From assembly GCA_963707025.1 (NCBI GenBank), contig CAVPOM010000017.1, forward strand, positions 64,001-128,000: 64,000 nt of DNA. Direction: 5' to 3'. A program made the position numbers and the translations under genes. The notes beneath the pieces are model-generated. The model was given only the letters and a program-made list of their open reading frames with translations. It was not told the origin of the DNA and did no database searches. Source of the DNA: an uncultured Verrucomicrobiae bacterium. Lineage in GTDB: Bacteria; Verrucomicrobiota; Verrucomicrobiia; Limisphaerales; Palsa-1400. Of this stretch, positions 27,331 to 38,464 are shown piece by piece. Each line of letters opens with the position of its first letter. Position 1 is the stretch's first letter.

Positions 27331-29393
27331 CGGGGGGCGGCGGCCGGGGCGATGAATTCTATTTGACTCCGGCGCGGCGCCGCGTCCGGGGGATTGCGGC
27401 GCACGTACTGGCCGTCCGCCTGAAGCAGCCAGGCCTTGACATTGTCGGCCAGGCAGGTTTCCAGCACTTCGTTCCTCACCCGCTCCCGCAAAGGGCGGTC
27501 TTCCACCGGAAAGACGGCCTCGATGCGCCGGAAAAAATTTCGGGGCATCCAGTCCGGGCTGCCCAGGAAGATCTCCGGCTGGCCGGCGTTTTCAAAATAG
27601 TAGATCCGGCTGTGCTCCAGGAACCGGTCCACCACGCTGCGCACGGTGATGTGGTCGCTCACGCCCGGCCATTGCGGGCGCAGACAACAGATGCCGCGCA
27701 CCAACAGATCAATCTGCACCCCGGCTTGCGAGGCCCGGTAAAGCTCCTGGATGACCTGGCCGTCCAGCAGCGCGTTCATCTTGGCGATGATGCGGGCCGG
27801 GCGGCCGTGCCGGGCGTTTTCCGCCTCGCGCAGGATGAATTGCAGGATGCGCCCGTGCAATTCAAAGGGCGACACCAGGAGCTTGCGCGTGGCCTGAAAC
27901 CGTCCGATGCCTGTCAAGAAATTAAACAGACTGGTCGCGTCTTCGCCAAAATCAGGCTGGCAGGTGAGCAGGCCGATGTCGGTGTAAAGCCGGGCGGTGG
28001 TGGGGTTGTAATTGCCCGTGCTCAAGTGAACGTAGCGCCGGATGCCGTCCTCCTCCTTGCGGACGACGAGGCCCATTTTGCAATGGATCTTATAGCCGAC
28101 CAGCCCATAGACCACATGCACGCCCGCCTCCTCCAGCTTGCGGCTCCACTCGATGTTGTTGGCTTCGTCGAACCGCGCCCGCAATTCCACCACCGCCGTG
28201 ACTTGTTTGCCGCGGGTCGCCGCCTGCATGAGGGCGCCGATGATGCGGGTGTCGCCCCCGGTGCGGTAGAGGGTGAGTTTGATCGCCAGGACGGCGGGGT
28301 CCTGCGCCGCCTGTTGCAGAAAATCAACCACCGTGGCGAAACTCTCATAGGGATGGTGCAGCAGGATGTCCCGCTGCCGGATGGCGTGGAAGAGGTCGGG
28401 ATGATTTCGCACCGCCGCCGGGGGGAGCGGGGCAAAGGGTTTTTCCCGCAACTCCGGGGAGTGATCGCCTTCATAGATGGCCATCAGGCGCGCCGGCGAG
28501 AGGGGACCGTCAATCAGATAAGCGTCCTCCTCCGTCAGCCGCAAAGTTCCCAGCAGCGCCTTGCGGATGCCCTCCGGGCAATCCTGGTCAATCTCCAGGC
28601 GGACGGCGTCCCCCTTGCGCCGGTTGTGCAGTTCGTTCTCGACGGCCTTGAGCAAATTGCCCGTGTCCTGCTCGTCAATGTAAAGCTCGCTGTTGCGCGT
28701 CACGCGAAAATGCCAGTGGCCCAGGATTTTGGTGCCGGGAAAAATCTCCGGCAAAAACCAGCCGATGAGGCGGCCCAGAAAAACATAATCCCGCCCCTCC
28801 CGCGCCAGGCGCACCACGGGCGGCAGCACGCGCGGCGCCTGCACCACCGCCAGATGCCGCAGGGTTTCCGCGCCGGTTTTCATTTCCACCTGGACGATGA
28901 TGTTGAGCGACTTGTTGAGCAATTGGGGGAAGGGATGTTTGGGATCAATGGCCAGGGGCGTCAGGACGGGCAGGACCTGGGTGCGATAATAATTCTCCAG
29001 CCATTTCAAATCCGCCCGCGCCAATTGCGCGGGTTGGAGAAAGCGGATGCCGTGTTTGGCCAGGGCCGGCGCCAATTCCCGCCGCCAGCAGATATATTGG
29101 TCGCGCACCATGCGCCGGATGCGGGTCCGGACGGCGCGCAAGGTCTCCGCCGGCGTCAAGCCGTCCATGCCGCGCCCGGCGGCCCCGCTTTCGATTTGCT
29201 GCTTCAGCCCGGCGACGCGCACCTCGAAGAATTCATCCAAATTGGAGGCGGTGATGCAAAGAAACTTGAGCCGTTCCAGCAGCGGATTGCCGGGCTCTCG
29301 CGCCTCGTTGAGCACGCGCTGGTTAAATTCGAGCCAGCTCAACTCGCGATTGATAAAATGGGCCGGCTCAAAATGCGTGACTGGGGCTGGCAT
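27327..29393 (-). CDS. ppk1: Polyphosphate kinase 1
   Basis: NRELSWLEFNQRVL, LLHHPYESF, TGNYN, RFLEHSRI. Confidence 0.97.
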   Translation of the reverse strand: MPAPVTHFEPAHFINRELSWLEFNQRVLNEAREPGNPLLERLKFLCITASNLDEFFEVRVAGLKQQIESGAAGRGMDGLTPAETLRAVRTRIRRMVRDQYICWRRELAPALAKHGIRFLQPAQLARADLKWLENYYRTQVLPVLTPLAIDPKHPFPQLLNKSLNIIVQVEMKTGAETLRHLAVVQAPRVLPPVVRLAREGRDYVFLGRLIGWFLPEIFPGTKILGHWHFRVTRNSELYIDEQDTGNLLKAVENELHNRRKGDAVRLEIDQDCPEGIRKALLGTLRLTEEDAYLIDGPLSPARLMAIYEGDHSPELREKPFAPLPPAAVRNHPDLFHAIRQRDILLHHPYESFATVVDFLQQAAQDPAVLAIKLTLYRTGGDTRIIGALMQAATRGKQVTAVVELRARFDEANNIEWSRKLEEAGVHVVYGLVGYKIHCKMGLVVRKEEDGIRRYVHLSTGNYNPTTARLYTDIGLLTCQPDFGEDATSLFNFLTGIGRFQATRKLLVSPFELHGRILQFILREAENARHGRPARIIAKMNALLDGQVIQELYRASQAGVQIDLLVRGICCLRPQWPGVSDHITVRSVVDRFLEHSRIYYFENAGQPEIFLGSPDWMPRNFFRRIEAVFPVEDRPLRERVRNEVLETCLADNVKAWLLQADGQYVRRNPPDAAPRRSQIEFIAPAAAPR

Positions 29394-29405
29394 GGCAAGG
29401 AGGAC

Positions 29406-30488
29406 CTACACAATAAGCCCGGTGGCGACGGAATAGACGGGCGGCAGATTGTCGGCGAGCAAACGCCAGGTGTCGCCTTCGTCGGCGGAACGGAAAATTT
29501 TTCCGGTGTTGGTGCCGAAATAAATTCCGGCCGGGTCCAGCGAGTCCGTGGCCATGCCTTCCCGGTAAATTCCGGCATAGACGTTTTCCTGCGGCAGGCC
29601 GGCGGCCAGCGGCTGCCAGGTTTCGCCGGCGTCGCGGCTGCGGAAGACGCGCAGTTTGCCTTCGGGCGGGCAACGGAATTCGGCGCCTTTGAGCGGCAGC
29701 ACGTAGATGGTGCCGGGCTGGCGCGGATGGATGGCCAGCGGGAAGCCGAAATCCGAAGGGAGTCCCGCCGAAATCTCGCGCCAGCTTTTCCCGGCGTCGG
29801 AACTGCGATAGACGCCGCAATGATTTTGCTGAAAAAGCAGGGGCGACTCGCCGCCGCTGAGGAGGAGCTTGTGAACGCACTGGCCGAATTCGGGATATTT
29901 ATCAGGGAGAAATTCGGCGCGGGTGCCTTTGTTGGCCACCTCCCAGGTGGCCCCGTCGTCCTCGCTGCGGAAGACGCCGACGGCGGAAATGCCGACGAAC
30001 ATGCGCTGGGCGCTGTTGTTGTCAATAACAATGGAATGCAGGCAAAGGCCGCCCGCGCCGGGATGCCAGTACTGCCGGGTGGGGTGCCGGGTCAAACTGG
30101 CGACTTCGTTCCAGCTTTGGCCGCCATCCTCGCTGCGAAAGAGGGCGGCGGGGGCGACCCCGGCATAGAGCACGCGGGGCTGGCTGGGGCGGCCCGCTTC
30201 GAGGTGCCAGATGCGGTCCAGTTTGGCGCCGGACTGCTCGGGGAACTTGAGGGGAGTGTTGTTCCAGGTTTTGCCCAAATCGGAGGAACAGGCCAGTTCG
30301 CAGCCGAACCAGGAGTCGTTGGCGGCGGCCCAGATGCGGCCGTCGCGCGCGTCGTAAATGGCGTGGTTGATTTCGCGGCCGGGCTGGAACGGGCCGCTGC
30401 GTTTCCAGCGGCGGCGGTCGGTGCTGGCAAACAGAAAAAGGCCTTTTTTGGTGCCAGCGAGGAGGAGGATTTTTTTTGTCGAGTTCAT
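29406..30488 (-). CDS. BNR/Asp-box beta-propeller protein
   Basis: Repeated SxDxGxTW; GTKKGLF; GQCVHK; QNHCGVYRS. Confidence 0.85.
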   Translation of the reverse strand: MNSTKKILLLAGTKKGLFLFASTDRRRWKRSGPFQPGREINHAIYDARDGRIWAAANDSWFGCELACSSDLGKTWNNTPLKFPEQSGAKLDRIWHLEAGRPSQPRVLYAGVAPAALFRSEDGGQSWNEVASLTRHPTRQYWHPGAGGLCLHSIVIDNNSAQRMFVGISAVGVFRSEDDGATWEVANKGTRAEFLPDKYPEFGQCVHKLLLSGGESPLLFQQNHCGVYRSSDAGKSWREISAGLPSDFGFPLAIHPRQPGTIYVLPLKGAEFRCPPEGKLRVFRSRDAGETWQPLAAGLPQENVYAGIYREGMATDSLDPAGIYFGTNTGKIFRSADEGDTWRLLADNLPPVYSVATGLIV

Positions 30489-30522
30489 AGGTTATTTGAG
30501 TTTATTTGCCGGAGGCCGCGGA

Positions 30523-31570
30523 TCAGCAATCGCGGTGGATCTTAATGCCGGCGTGATCCAGTTGTTTTTTGGCGCCTTCGAGAAGGTCGCTCTTCATGTC
30601 GGACGCGGCCTGGGGATTGGCCCCCCAGGCCGTGAGGGTCACGGTCACGCCCGCGCCGGATAAATTGGTGATGCGGCAAGTGGGAGTGCCCAGCGCCTTG
30701 GGAGGCTGCTTGGCGACCTCGAGGAGGATTTGGCGGGCCTTGTCCACATCCGCATCGTGTTCCAGGGTAATGGCCACCACGCAAGGGACGGGCTGGCTGG
30801 ACATGGAGAGGTTGATGATGGTCTGGCTGGCGATGAGGTTGTTGGGAATGACCAGGCGGCGCTCGTCTGGCGTGCGCAAAATCGTGTAGCCGAGACTGAT
30901 GTTCTCCACTATGCCGGTTTCCAAACCGCCGGGGGCGCTGACCTGGAGCTTGTCACCCAGATGGAAGGGCCGGTAGAGCACCAGGGAAACCCCGGCGATC
31001 AAGTTGCCGAGGGTGTTTTGCGCGGCCATGCCCACTACGACGGAAACAACGCCCACGCTGGCCAGCCAGGCGGTGCCCAAATCTTTGAGCCTCCGGCACG
31101 AGATGGGCATAGGAAACAAAGGCCAGAACCCAAACGCCCACCCGGACCAATTGACTGAGGAAACGGACGGCGGTCTGGTCAACCGACTCGCCCCGCCTTT
31201 GCAGGATGCGATGCAAGGTCAGGTGCAAGGCCCCGCTGGCCAGCCAGGCCACCACTCCGACGACGGCGGCATAAAAGGCCGCCCGCACAAAAGGATTTTC
31301 AGTGAGCAAGTTCTTCAGGGCAGGAACCAGGTCGGCATAAGCACGAAGCGCCACCATCCAGACTCCCGCCCGCGCCAAGTGTCCGAGGAAGATAACGCCA
31401 CTCTGGTTCGCCTTGCCGCCGCGCTTTTCGATGATTTGAAGCACCACCAGGCGAACGGCTTCGCCCAGCAGCCAGGCCAGCAGCCCGATAATCAGCCCCA
31501 AAAAACACGCCCCCACCCAGGTTTGTGGATTGACCAGGGAAAGACCCGCGATCCAGAAATTATTCATCAT
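30523..31570 (-). CDS. MscS-family mechanosensitive channel, frameshift near 31090, duplicated N-terminal TM module
   Basis: GMAAQNTLGNLIAG..RPFHLGD..LVIPN. Confidence 0.85.
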
Positions 31571-31600
31571 ATTGACAAGGCGTGGGGCTGGCCGCGGTTT

Positions 31601-33001
31601 TCACAGTTTTGCGCCGCCCAGCGCGGCCAGCAGTTTTTCGTGGATGTTGCCGAAACCGCCGTTGCTGAAAATGCAAATCACGTCGCCGCCGCCGGCTTCC
31701 TTTTTGAGATGGGCGACAATAGCATCCGCATGGGGCAGGCAGGCGGCCGTTTTCCCGGCGGCCTTAATGTCTTGCAGGAGCTGGTCCAGATTGAGCCGTT
31801 CTTCCGGCTTGAGCAATTCCAGGCGGGCGGCCTGGGCGACGACCACGGCGTCGGCCTCGGCGAAGGATTCGGCCAGCTCGCGCTGAAAAACATTGCGGCG
31901 GGTGGTGTTGCTGCGCGGCTCGAAGACGGCCCAGAGGCGCTCATGGGCGTAGCGGCGGCGCAGGGCGCGCAAGGTTTCGCGGATGGCGGTGGGATGATGG
32001 CCGAAATCGTCTATGACGGTGATGCCGCCCGGCACGCCGCGCACTTCCATGCGCCGCTTCACGCCTTTGAAGGAGTCGAAAGCGGACTGGATTTGCTTGT
32101 TGGACAACCCGCAATGCTTGGCGGCGGCGATGACGGCCAGGGCGTTGCGCACGTTAAACTCCCCCACCAGATTGAGATGGAATTTGAAGCTGGGGATTTC
32201 AAATTCGGCGGCGGTGGGGCCGCAGCGCAGATTGAAGGCGTGAATGCTGTCGTCCGCGCCCAGCCCGAAGCGTTTGACCGGGCAATGGGTCACCTCGAGC
32301 AAGGGCGCCAGGTTGGCGTCGTCGCCATTGGCCAGGAGCTGGCCGTTGCGCGGGATCAGGGCAATAAGGCGCCGGAAGGAGGTTTGGATGGCGGCCAGAT
32401 TCTCAAAGATGTCGGCGTGGTCGAATTCCAGGTTGTTGATCACCACCACTTCGGGAAGGTAATGCACGAATTTGCTGCGCTTGTCAAAAAAGGCGGTGTC
32501 GTATTCGTCGCCCTCGATGATAAACCAGGGGCTGGCGGTGAAACGGGCGCCCTGGCCGAAGTTGTTCGGGATGCCGCCGATGAGGAAACCGGGGTTCAAA
32601 CCGTTCTGCTCGAAAACCCACGCCAGCAGGGAAGTCGTGGTCGTTTTGCCGTGCGTCCCGCTGACCACAATGGAGCGTTTGCCGCGGATGAAATACTCCT
32701 TGAGCAGTTCGGGCAGGGAGCAATAGCGCAGTTTGTGGTCCAGGATCGCTTCCACCTCGGCGTTGCCGCGGGAAAGGGCGTTGCCCACCACCACCAAGTC
32801 CGGCTTGTGGGAAAGATTGGATTCGGCGTAGCCCGGCATGACCTGGATTTGCCGGGCCGCCAGGAAGGTGGACACGGGGGGATAGACATTGTAATCCGAA
32901 CCGGTGACGGCGAAGCCCTTGTCGCGCATGGCCACCGCGACGGCGGCCATGGCCGTGCCGCCGATGCCGGCGAAATGGACCGATTTAATTTCCGAGAACA
33001 T
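31601..33001 (-). CDS. mpl: Murein peptide ligase
   Basis: GIGGTAM, GTHGKTTT, EGDEYDTAFFDKRSKF, FEPRSNT. Confidence 0.93.
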   Translation of the reverse strand: MFSEIKSVHFAGIGGTAMAAVAVAMRDKGFAVTGSDYNVYPPVSTFLAARQIQVMPGYAESNLSHKPDLVVVGNALSRGNAEVEAILDHKLRYCSLPELLKEYFIRGKRSIVVSGTHGKTTTTSLLAWVFEQNGLNPGFLIGGIPNNFGQGARFTASPWFIIEGDEYDTAFFDKRSKFVHYLPEVVVINNLEFDHADIFENLAAIQTSFRRLIALIPRNGQLLANGDDANLAPLLEVTHCPVKRFGLGADDSIHAFNLRCGPTAAEFEIPSFKFHLNLVGEFNVRNALAVIAAAKHCGLSNKQIQSAFDSFKGVKRRMEVRGVPGGITVIDDFGHHPTAIRETLRALRRRYAHERLWAVFEPRSNTTRRNVFQRELAESFAEADAVVVAQAARLELLKPEERLNLDQLLQDIKAAGKTAACLPHADAIVAHLKKEAGGGDVICIFSNGGFGNIHEKLLAALGGAKL

Positions 33002-33234
33002 GTTGGATGAATAATGGCGAAATCAGCGCCACAGGAAAGTCGGAAATGAATCGGCCCGCGTCATTTCATGATTGGTTCGCCAAAAAACGGGTGGTGTCCC
33101 CTTTTGCTGCACGGTCGAGCCTGGGGTTCGAAATCGGCCCACACCGCCGACACTGCCACCGGAAATTTCCATCCTTCCATCGTTGGCGGTGCCCCACTGC
33201 GATTTGCCCATCCCTCGCGCCCCCAGCCCCACAC

Positions 33235-33300
33235 GGCAGGGCAACACTCTATCGAGCCGTGACTGGACCCCAAATCGCTGGGGCGAGACTCCGTCGAGCC
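33235..33300. repeat. REP-like family A arms
   Basis: GGCAGGGCAACACTCTATCGAGCC and GGGCGAGACTCCGTCGAGCC. Confidence 0.55.
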
Positions 33301-33323
33301 CTCGAAGCCGAGGCCCATGGACG

Positions 33324-33735
33324 CTAATCGGGCAGAACCAGCGGGATCGCCTCCCGGCCGTGCCGGCGATAAACGGTAAAATCCGCGCGGTCAATCGTCA
33401 CGATTCTGCAATCTTTCGTCTGCTCGCTCATGCACACCAGAACAGGCGTCCGCAAAGTCCATCGGACGGTCGGCGTATTTCTTCAATAACTCCCGCAGAC
33501 GCGGCGAGGCGGCCTGCGTGTCAAACCGCGATACCAACAAGCCCCGCTCGACGGCCTCCAGAAGCTTCCCCGGTGAGTGCAGGAAGTGGGCCGCTTCCGT
33601 CAGCACGGCGTCGCAGGTGAACAGCGGATAGGGAAGCGAGCGGAGGAGCCTTGCCGCCCAGGGAGTGAATGGATCTTTATCCTGCGGGCGGCGGAAAGCC
33701 GCCACCAGCGGTCCGGTGTCAAGAATGTGGATCAT
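33324..33735 (-). CDS. PIN/VapC toxin, frameshift near 33440
   Basis: ILDTGPLVA, VLTEA, MDFADAC; correct tail DRADFTVYRRHGREAIPLVLPD* in another frame. Confidence 0.85.
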
Positions 33736-33972
33736 GACCGCTTGGAACGCATCGCCTTGCGGACATTCTCATTGGTGGCTGGCGGCGCATCCGTGCTGAC
33801 GCTTCCCAGCAGATCATCCCAAGGCGAGCCTTGTTTGGCCTGCACGGCCTGCACGCGTTGGCGCACGGCCTTGCGGGCAAACTCGCTCAAGTCTTCGCCA
33901 ACATCTTGAGCCACCTTTTGCCAGAACGTCTTTCTCGCGCCCCGGAATCCGAACTGTCAGTGTGTCACTCAT
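33732..33972 (-). CDS. RHH-type antitoxin, frameshift near 33930
   Basis: MSDTLTVRIP...LSEFARKAV; ATGA overlap with the PIN gene. Confidence 0.7.
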
Positions 33973-34041
33973 GTTCTGTGTGTAACACAAACTGCTAAGA
34001 ATTGCAACCTGCCATGGGCTGTTCAGTCAAACTTGGCCGAA

Positions 34042-35472
34042 TTATTTCAATTTGCGCTCCAGGATTTCGCCGATGAGGGTGGGGTTGGCTTTGCCCCGGC
34101 TCAGTTTCATGACCTGGCCTTTGAGGAAATTGAGCGCGGCGGCTTTGCCGGACCTGAAATCGGCGGCCGGGCCGGGGTTGGCGGCGATGGCCTGGTCGCA
34201 AAAGGCTTCAATGGCGGCGGTGTCGCTGACCTGGGCCCAACCTTTCTTCTCGACAATGGAAGCGGGGGGGTCGCCACTGGCAAACATCTCCGCGAAAACC
34301 TGCTGGGCGATGGAGCTGCTGATCTTTTTGCCGTCCACCAGCGCGATCAGTTCCAGGATGTGTTCGGGTTTGAATTTCAAACCGGCCAGGGTCGTTTGCG
34401 TTTCTGTCAGCTTGGCGCGGAGATTGTTGATGACCCAGTTGGCGACGGCTTTGTGCTTTTTGGGATCTTTCGATTGCCGGGCCAGTGATTCAAAATAGGC
34501 GCTTAACGGTGGGTCCCACACTAATGTCTGGGCATCGGAGGCAGGCAATTGGAACTCGCGCATGAGGCGCTGTTTTTTGGCCAGGGGCAGCTCGACCACG
34601 CGGCGGGTGACCTGTTCCAGCCAGGCCGGCGTCGGCGCAAAAGGCATCAGGTCGGGGTCGGGGAAATAGCGGTAGTCATGGGCCATTTCCTTGCTGCGCA
34701 TGGTTTCGGTGATGCCGCCCGCGTCGTCCCAGCGGCGGGTTTCCTGGCGGAGCTGACCGCCCCGGGTCAGGACTTCGATTTGGCGGGGGATTTCATATTC
34801 CAGGGCGCGGCGCACGCCGCTGAAGCTGTTCATGTTTTTGATTTCAATCTTTTTGCCCAGTTCGGCCGTGCCGCGGGGGCGGACGCTGACGTTGACATCA
34901 CATCGCACCATGCCTTTTTCCATGTCGGCGTCGCTGACGCCGCCGTAAATCAGAATATCCTTGAGGGCGTTGAGGTACTCGTAAGCCATGGCGGGGCTGG
35001 AGAGGTCCGGTTCGGAGACGATTTCCAGGAGGGGCACCCCGGCGCGGTTGAAATCCACGCCGCTGTGGCGGTCGAAGTGGGAACTTTTCCCGACGTCCTC
35101 CTCCAGATGGGCGCGGGTGATGCGGACGCGGGCCAAGCCGCCCTGGAACTCGAAATCCAGCCAGCCGTTGCGGGTGGAGGGCTGATCGTATTGGGTGATT
35201 TGATAATTCTTGGGCATGTCAGGATAGAAATAATTCTTGCGGTCAAACTTGGCGCAGGGGGGGATTTCGCAATGGAGGAGAAGGCCGGTCAGGACGGTCA
35301 GTTGCAGGGCCTCCTCATTGGCGACGGGCAGGACGCCGGGCAAGCCCAGGCAAACGGGGCAGACGCGGGAATTGGGGGCCGCGCCGAATTCATTGGCGCA
35401 GGCGCACCACATTTTCGATTTGGTTTTGAGCTGGACATGAGTTTCCAGCCCGATGACAGCTTCGTAATCCAT
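34042..35472 (-). CDS. gatB: Asp/Glu-tRNA amidotransferase subunit B
   Basis: IGLETHVQL, FDRKNYFYPD, DFNRAGVPLLEIV, DYRYFPDPDL. Confidence 0.97.
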   Translation of the reverse strand: MDYEAVIGLETHVQLKTKSKMWCACANEFGAAPNSRVCPVCLGLPGVLPVANEEALQLTVLTGLLLHCEIPPCAKFDRKNYFYPDMPKNYQITQYDQPSTRNGWLDFEFQGGLARVRITRAHLEEDVGKSSHFDRHSGVDFNRAGVPLLEIVSEPDLSSPAMAYEYLNALKDILIYGGVSDADMEKGMVRCDVNVSVRPRGTAELGKKIEIKNMNSFSGVRRALEYEIPRQIEVLTRGGQLRQETRRWDDAGGITETMRSKEMAHDYRYFPDPDLMPFAPTPAWLEQVTRRVVELPLAKKQRLMREFQLPASDAQTLVWDPPLSAYFESLARQSKDPKKHKAVANWVINNLRAKLTETQTTLAGLKFKPEHILELIALVDGKKISSSIAQQVFAEMFASGDPPASIVEKKGWAQVSDTAAIEAFCDQAIAANPGPAADFRSGKAAALNFLKGQVMKLSRGKANPTLIGEILERKLK

Positions 35473-35476
35473 GATC

Positions 35477-36266
35477 TTACAGGGGTTTGAATTGCCTTTT
35501 TTCGTCCCATTTCAAAGCGCGGGATTCGCTTCTGAGAATGCCGATCAGTTCCTCTTCGCCGATGGCGGGGCTGGAAACCCGCTTGATAATGACGTTCTCT
35601 TTTGATCCAGTCGCTCTTGTCGGCGTCTTTGATGTAAAAACCGCGGCTGTCAAAACAAAAGGTGATGCCGCGCAGGCTCTGCAAGGCCGCGGCCATCTGG
35701 ATGCACGCACCCACGTAGTCCTGGCCCTCCCCCAGGGAATAGACGGTGCCGCGGGCCAGTCCGCAACGCAGCGCGGCAGGCGGATCGGACACGCGGCCGC
35801 GAATCCGGAAGAGAAAGTCGCGTTGGTAGTTGCCGCAGATGACCAGGGCGTTGGCGAGGATATTGCGCCGGGCCACCGCGCTCTCCCCGGAGGTGTCCCA
35901 GAGGACGAGCAAGCCGTCGCCGGTGAATTTGACGAAAAACGGCAGGGGACTCCAGAGGATGACGCCGCCTTCGTGATCCTTGCGTTTCATTTCCATCTTG
36001 AGTTGCAGCATGAGCCAGGGGAGGAATTCCCTGATGAAAAAGGGAATGGCCTGATCGGTTTCCACGTGTTTGCAAAAATCCGGGAAGCCTTCCAACGCGA
36101 AGACGGCGGCGACCACTTCCATCACCGTGGCCGGCTGGGCCAAATCTCCCAGACCCAGGAGCGAGGGGTTGAAGGCGTCGAATTTGGCCCTGGACAAGAC
36201 TCTCCGGCGCTTGCCTTCCACAATGGCCTCCTTGAAATCGGACTCACTGGGCTTAAGGGGCAACAT
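35477..36266 (-). CDS. Degenerate class III nucleotidyl cyclase-like protein, frameshift near 35605
   Basis: AAVFALEGF, KFTGDGLLVLW, LRCGLARG, DYVGACIQMAAALQ. Confidence 0.65.
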
Positions 36267-36277
36267 GGGAATTGGTG

Positions 36278-37741
36278 CTAGAAGTTGAGCGGCGGTTTCT
36301 GCTGGTGCCAATCGGTGCTCTGTTCGTAGGCGTGGGCGAGCTGCAAAATGGTTTGTTCGCCAAAGGGCTTGCCCAGAAGCTGCAGGCCGATGGGAAGTTT
36401 GGGATTGGACGTGAACCCGCAGGGCAGGCTCAGTCCGCAGATGCCCGCCAGATTGCAGGAGATGGTGAAGATGTCCGAAAGATACATTTGCAGGGGATCG
36501 CCGGATTTTTCGCCGGCGCGGAAAGCCGCGGTCGGCGTGGTGGGGGTGACGATGGCATCCACTTTGGCAAAGGCTTGCAGGAAATCGCGGCGGATCAAGG
36601 TGCGGACTTTTTGGGCGCGCAAATAGTAGGCGTCGTAGTAGCCGCTGCTCAAGACGTAGGTGCCCAGGAGGATGCGGCGCTTGACTTCCGGGCCGAAGCC
36701 CGCGCCGCGGGTCTTGCCGTAGAGTTCGATGGGGTCGGCCCCGTCCACGCGGGCGCCGTAGCGGATGCCATCGAAGCGGGCCAGATTGGCGCTGGCCTCG
36801 GCGGTGGCGATGATATAATAGGTGGCGACGGCGTAATCGGTGTGGGGCAGGGAAATTTCCACGATTTCCGCGCCGAGTTTTTCCAGGTGCTTGACGGCGG
36901 ATTGCATGGCGGCGCCGACTTGGGGGTCCAGGCCGCCAATCATGAATTCGCCGGCCAGGCCGAGTTTGAGGCCCTTGATGTTGCCGTTCAGGGCGGCGGC
37001 GTAGTCCGGCACGGGTTCCGGGACGCTTGTGGAGTCGCGCGGGTCCGGGCCGCTGATGGCGCGCAGCAGCAGCCCGGCGTCGCGAACATCCTTGGTAAAA
37101 GTGCCGATTTGATCGAGCGACGAAGCGAAGGCGACCAGACCGTAACGGGAAACGCGCCCGTAAGTCGGCTTCAGGCCAACGCATCCGCACAAAGCGGCGG
37201 GCTGGCGGATGGAACCGCCGGTGTCGGAGCCGAGGGCGGCGAGGCATTCATCGGCCGCCACGGCGGCGGCGGAACCGCCGGAGGAACCGCCCGGAATGCG
37301 AGTGAGGTCCCAGGGATTGCAGGTCGCGCCGAAGGCGGAGTTTTCCGTGGAGCTGCCCATGGCGAATTCGTCCATGTTCAAACGTCCAAAAACCACGGCG
37401 CCGGCGGCCTGTAATTTTTCCACCACGGTGGCGCTGTAGGGCGAAATAAAATTGCCCAGGATTTTTGAGCCGCAACGGAGCGGCTGGCCGCGGACGGCAA
37501 TGACATCCTTGAGGGCGATGGGGACGCCGAGCAGCGGCTGGCCGGACGGAGCCGCGGCCAGGGCGCGGTCGGCGGCGTCGGCCTGGGCCAGGGCGTCGGC
37601 GGCATCGCAACTGAGGAAAGCGTGCAGGCGGCCGTCCACGCGCTGGATTTGATCCAGGCAGGCCTGCATGGCCTGGCGGGCGGAGACTTCGCGGCGGGCG
37701 AGTTGGGCGGCCAGTTGCCAGGTGGTGAGTTGGTTGAGCAT
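36278..37741 (-). CDS. gatA: Asp/Glu-tRNA amidotransferase subunit A
   Basis: [27 protein letters not shown]. Confidence 0.97.
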   Translation of the reverse strand: MLNQLTTWQLAAQLARREVSARQAMQACLDQIQRVDGRLHAFLSCDAADALAQADAADRALAAAPSGQPLLGVPIALKDVIAVRGQPLRCGSKILGNFISPYSATVVEKLQAAGAVVFGRLNMDEFAMGSSTENSAFGATCNPWDLTRIPGGSSGGSAAAVAADECLAALGSDTGGSIRQPAALCGCVGLKPTYGRVSRYGLVAFASSLDQIGTFTKDVRDAGLLLRAISGPDPRDSTSVPEPVPDYAAALNGNIKGLKLGLAGEFMIGGLDPQVGAAMQSAVKHLEKLGAEIVEISLPHTDYAVATYYIIATAEASANLARFDGIRYGARVDGADPIELYGKTRGAGFGPEVKRRILLGTYVLSSGYYDAYYLRAQKVRTLIRRDFLQAFAKVDAIVTPTTPTAAFRAGEKSGDPLQMYLSDIFTISCNLAGICGLSLPCGFTSNPKLPIGLQLLGKPFGEQTILQLAHAYEQSTDWHQQKPPLNF

Positions 37742-37755
37742 GAGATCGGGCGCCA

Positions 37756-38040
37756 TCACTCCACAATTTTCGGAACGACAAACAGGCCGCTGGCCTTGGC
37801 GGGAGCATTGCGCAGGGCTTCCTCGTTGCTCAGGGAAGGCTGGGTCAGATCGGGGCGAAAGACATTGACCAGGGGCACGGCGTGGGCGGTCGGCTCGATG
37901 CCGCGGACGTCCAGTTGCTTGAGCTTTTCGATGTAGCCGAGGATGCCGCCCAATTGCGCGCCAAATTGTTCCTCCTCGGCGGGGGAGAGGGACAGGCGGG
38001 CCAGATGGGCCACGTACTGGATGTTGAAGTCGGAGGGCAT
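37756..38040 (-). CDS. gatC: Asp/Glu-tRNA amidotransferase subunit C
   Basis: VAHLARL..EPTAH..NAP..FVVPKI. Confidence 0.95.
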   Translation of the reverse strand: MPSDFNIQYVAHLARLSLSPAEEEQFGAQLGGILGYIEKLKQLDVRGIEPTAHAVPLVNVFRPDLTQPSLSNEEALRNAPAKASGLFVVPKIVE

Positions 38041-38082
38041 GGAATTTTGAATATCAAGATTTGAATCTGGAACATCCGCCGA

Positions 38083-38382
38083 TCAATCCTCGTCGAACTT
38101 GCGTTTGATGAGGGCTTCGATCTCCGTCAGGGCCTGGTGGGCGTCGTCGCCTTCGCAATGAACGATGATTTTGCTGCCCGGCCCGGCCGCGAGCATCATC
38201 AGGCCCATGATGCTTTTGCCGTTGACGCGTTCGCCGTCCTTTTCCACCAGGATGCTGCAGGAGAATTTATTGACCAGGCGGACAAACATGGCGGCGGGCC
38301 GGGCATGGATGCCCAGCTTGTTGAGCACCAGAAACTCGCGTTGCAGGGCGGGCTTGCCCGCGGATTTTTTCACATTACTCAT
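38083..38382 (-). CDS. ptsH: Phosphocarrier protein HPr
   Basis: GIHARPA, NGKSIMGLMMLAA. Confidence 0.95.
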   Translation of the reverse strand: MSNVKKSAGKPALQREFLVLNKLGIHARPAAMFVRLVNKFSCSILVEKDGERVNGKSIMGLMMLAAGPGSKIIVHCEGDDAHQALTEIEALIKRKFDED

Positions 38383-38464
38383 TTGCCATCCAAGCGCCTA
38401 ATGTGCGGCCTGCCTGGTTTTTTTGCCATTGAAAATTGACTGGTTTTCTGCCTTTTTTTCCGCA

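Noticed and set aside
27363..33010. Very long + strand ORFs (1060 aa, 668 aa)
   Set aside because: Antisense shadows of ppk1, the BNR protein, mscS and mpl caused by GC-rich codon bias; the same applies to 12790-14442 and 47101-49254.
33125..33210. Riboswitch in the mpl leader
   Set aside because: An imperfect hairpin is present (CACCGCC/GGCGGTG), but I recognise no aptamer consensus; it lies among REP-like repeats.
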